Shown one piece after another: positions 62,466-64,000 of a DNA stretch of 64,000 nucleotides. The translations under genes were made by a program, and so were the position numbers. The DNA comes from Methylotenera sp. (GTDB lineage Bacteria; Pseudomonadota; Gammaproteobacteria; Burkholderiales; Methylophilaceae), in the NCBI RefSeq assembly GCF_013141425.1, contig NZ_JABFRA010000008.1:4226-68225 (forward strand). The letters are read 5' to 3'. How positions within the stretch are numbered: the first letter of the stretch is position 1; the number at the start of each line of letters is the position of its first letter. The notes under the pieces are model-generated. The model searched no databases and was not told where the DNA came from. It was given only the letters and a program-made list of their open reading frames with translations.

Positions 62466-63443
62466 CTAAAACAATGTTGTTAAATGCGGTCCAAGCGTTT
62501 GGGTATTTACAAAGGTCATGCCATACATTGCGGTCATCCCCTTACAGCTCTCCTCCTCTAAGTCTGCCACACAAAGTATAAAATATCTTTGATCTATCGC
62601 TAGCCGTTTACGTAATGCTACATATTTATCAAGCTCTTGACGAAAATCACCAGATTTACATTCAATATAAATTGGCTGACTGTAATTTATAAGAAAGAAA
62701 ACATCAAGCTCTCTATTTTCGCTATTAGAGAAAGTAATTGTCATATTTCGGGCGCAAGAAAATTTAATTTTTCGTTCCTGACAAACTCTCAATCCAACCA
62801 TTAGCGCAAACCATTCTAACCAGTCGCCAGCAAAAAATCTCCTAACGCTAGGCGCATTTTGTAAAACCACGCGTATGCTTTTCTCTTTTTTATTGCTGAT
62901 GCAACGTGCGATGAGTGAATGCTCATAAAGCTGCTGAACAAAAGCTTCAATTGTTTTAGCATCTTCATTAGACTTTTTATCAAGATAAATCAAATTACTT
63001 GTGTACTCTTTGAGTTGGGCGTAACGAATTCTCTCGCACACCTCACTAAGTAGTTCGTAATTAGAACCAATCGCCACTGCAGCTTCGTCAAAAAAACCAG
63101 TGGTATCAACCGCATTAATACTCGCCGTAGCAATGATGTTTTTTGATTTGAACCACTGAACAATAGGCGCATGTTGCTCTTGAGAACTCAAAGAATCAGA
63201 GTTATGTAAGTCGATACTTTCGCCATAGTTCTTAAATTGAGTTTGATTCGGTGTTGAAGAATCAGGATTGAGGGCATTAAACTCTTTGCGTAATGCAAAG
63301 TACATCTCAGAAAGCTTGTTAACAAAATATACTGTGTCATAAACTGTAGTGCCAGCACCACATTGACAAACTATCGATGTTCCAACAAACTCACGCTCAT
63401 GTTCCACCACATTGCCACATTTATTACATCGAGAGATCGCCAT
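62466..63443 (-). CDS. Orphan protein: N-terminal zinc ribbon, uncharacterised middle domain, C-terminal Card1-like (DUF1887-type) PD-(D/E)xK nuclease domain
   Basis: 325-aa ORF. The ribbon reads CNKCG...CQCG. The C-terminal blocks are GDWLEWF, RELDVFF and YIECKSGDF (a D...ExK nuclease signature). By eye the gene is clearly more AT-rich than pbpC or aceF. Confidence 0.6.
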   Translation of the reverse strand: MAISRCNKCGNVVEHEREFVGTSIVCQCGAGTTVYDTVYFVNKLSEMYFALRKEFNALNPDSSTPNQTQFKNYGESIDLHNSDSLSSQEQHAPIVQWFKSKNIIATASINAVDTTGFFDEAAVAIGSNYELLSEVCERIRYAQLKEYTSNLIYLDKKSNEDAKTIEAFVQQLYEHSLIARCISNKKEKSIRVVLQNAPSVRRFFAGDWLEWFALMVGLRVCQERKIKFSCARNMTITFSNSENRELDVFFLINYSQPIYIECKSGDFRQELDKYVALRKRLAIDQRYFILCVADLEEESCKGMTAMYGMTFVNTQTLGPHLTTLF

Positions 63444-63548
63444 ATTAGACTAAACAGAAATAAAATTTGATTTTAGCATCAAAATTACTGAATATTCTGG
63501 AGCGGCAGATTATTGGGTTCGATTGGAAATGAACTACGAATTTAAATT

Positions 63549-63578
63549 TCACCAATCTCGATAAGTCGAGATTGGTGA
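63549..63578 (-). terminator. Candidate terminator hairpin downstream of aceF
   Basis: A 13-bp perfect stem tcaccaatctcga-taag-tcgagattggtga lies 13 nt after the aceF stop. On the minus strand it is followed by an A/T-rich tract (aatttaaatt), not a clean U-run. Confidence 0.45.
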
Positions 63579-63590
63579 GCGGGAGGAACA

Positions 63591-64000
63591 TTAGAGTAAT
63601 AACCTACGCACATCACTCAACATCATGCGCATATGGCTGGTAAAGCGCGCACCATCCGCACCATCTACTACACGGTGGTCATAAGAAAGTGATAGCGGTA
63701 AAATTAATCGTGGTTCAAAAATTTTGGTTTTAGCGTCATACACTGGCTGCATACTGGAGCGTGACACGCCTAAAATCGCCACTTCTGGGCAATTAATAAT
63801 TGGCGTAAACATAGTTCCGCCAATACCGCCAAGGCTAGATATGGTAAAACAACCGCCCTGCATTTCTTCTACTTTAAGTTTGCGTTCACGCGCTTTGGTT
63901 GAAAGTTCCATTAAATCACGTGCAATATCCAACACATCTTTTTGTTGTACGTCTTTGACTACGGGTACAACTAAGCCATCAGGCGTATCGCAAGCAAAGC
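63591..64000 (-). CDS. aceF: Dihydrolipoamide acetyltransferase (E2), C-terminal catalytic domain; the 5' part lies outside the window
   Basis: It carries the catalytic motif [17 protein letters not shown]. The frame stays open to the window edge (…[25 protein letters not shown]…). Confidence 0.9.
   Translation of the reverse strand, partial: FACDTPDGLVVPVVKDVQQKDVLDIARDLMELSTKARERKLKVEEMQGGCFTISSLGGIGGTMFTPIINCPEVAILGVSRSSMQPVYDAKTKIFEPRLILPLSLSYDHRVVDGADGARFTSHMRMMLSDVRRLLL

Overview
This is a 64-kb chromosomal window from a moderately AT-rich Gram-negative bacterium. The synteny looks betaproteobacterial: uvrC-pgsA-tRNA-Gly-tRNA-Cys, gntR plus sdhCDAB-sdhE, and an LpdA carrying an N-terminal lipoyl domain. 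The gene content would fit a Methylophilaceae-like methylotroph, but I cannot verify taxonomy from the sequence alone. About 50 protein genes and 2 tRNAs are supported. I saw no rRNA, CRISPR array, integrase or prophage. Contents from left to right: (i) 1-9.8 kb holds a c-di-GMP and type I secretion block. It contains a LapD-like receptor truncated at the window edge, a large PAS/GAF-GGDEF-EAL sensor, and a T1SS ABC plus HlyD operon ending in a LuxR-type pseudo-receiver regulator. (ii) 10.2-13.1 kb holds tRNA-Cys, tRNA-Gly, pgsA and uvrC. (iii) 13.1-19.4 kb is a small accessory-looking stretch. It holds a REP-associated tyrosine transposase (RAYT) with a 64-nt nested palindrome, a RIO1-like kinase, a 4-OT tautomerase, DUF1643, a CDF transporter lacking its C-terminal domain, rlmJ, yqhA and membrane proteins. 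(iv) 19.6-40.5 kb is a dense central-carbon block. It holds acnB, class I fumarase, an AMP-forming CoA ligase plus a CitE-like lyase fused onto the end of a malic enzyme-sdhCDAB-sdhE array, and a GntR regulator. Divergent from the regulator is a six-gene operon: CitE-like, MaoC hydratase, CitE-like, prpB, prpC, prpD. (v) 41.3-51.9 kb holds purB, tamA-tamB, wrbA, a HugZ-like/DUF2470 gene, DUF2069, a GlcD-like oxidase and a lipoprotein. (vi) 52.1-64 kb holds lpdA and the 3' end of aceF. They are separated by a 9.7-kb block holding a thioester-type alpha-2-macroglobulin, pbpC, and an AT-rich orphan gene that fuses a zinc ribbon to a Card1-like PD-(D/E)xK nuclease domain. The three most interesting candidates follow. 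First, the orphan zinc-ribbon/Card1-like nuclease. Second, the CoA ligase plus CitE-like lyase pair in the slot after sdhE where gltA usually sits. Third, the CitE/MaoC/CitE extension of the methylcitrate operon. All functional calls rest on by-eye motif recognition, and none was confirmed by a database search.
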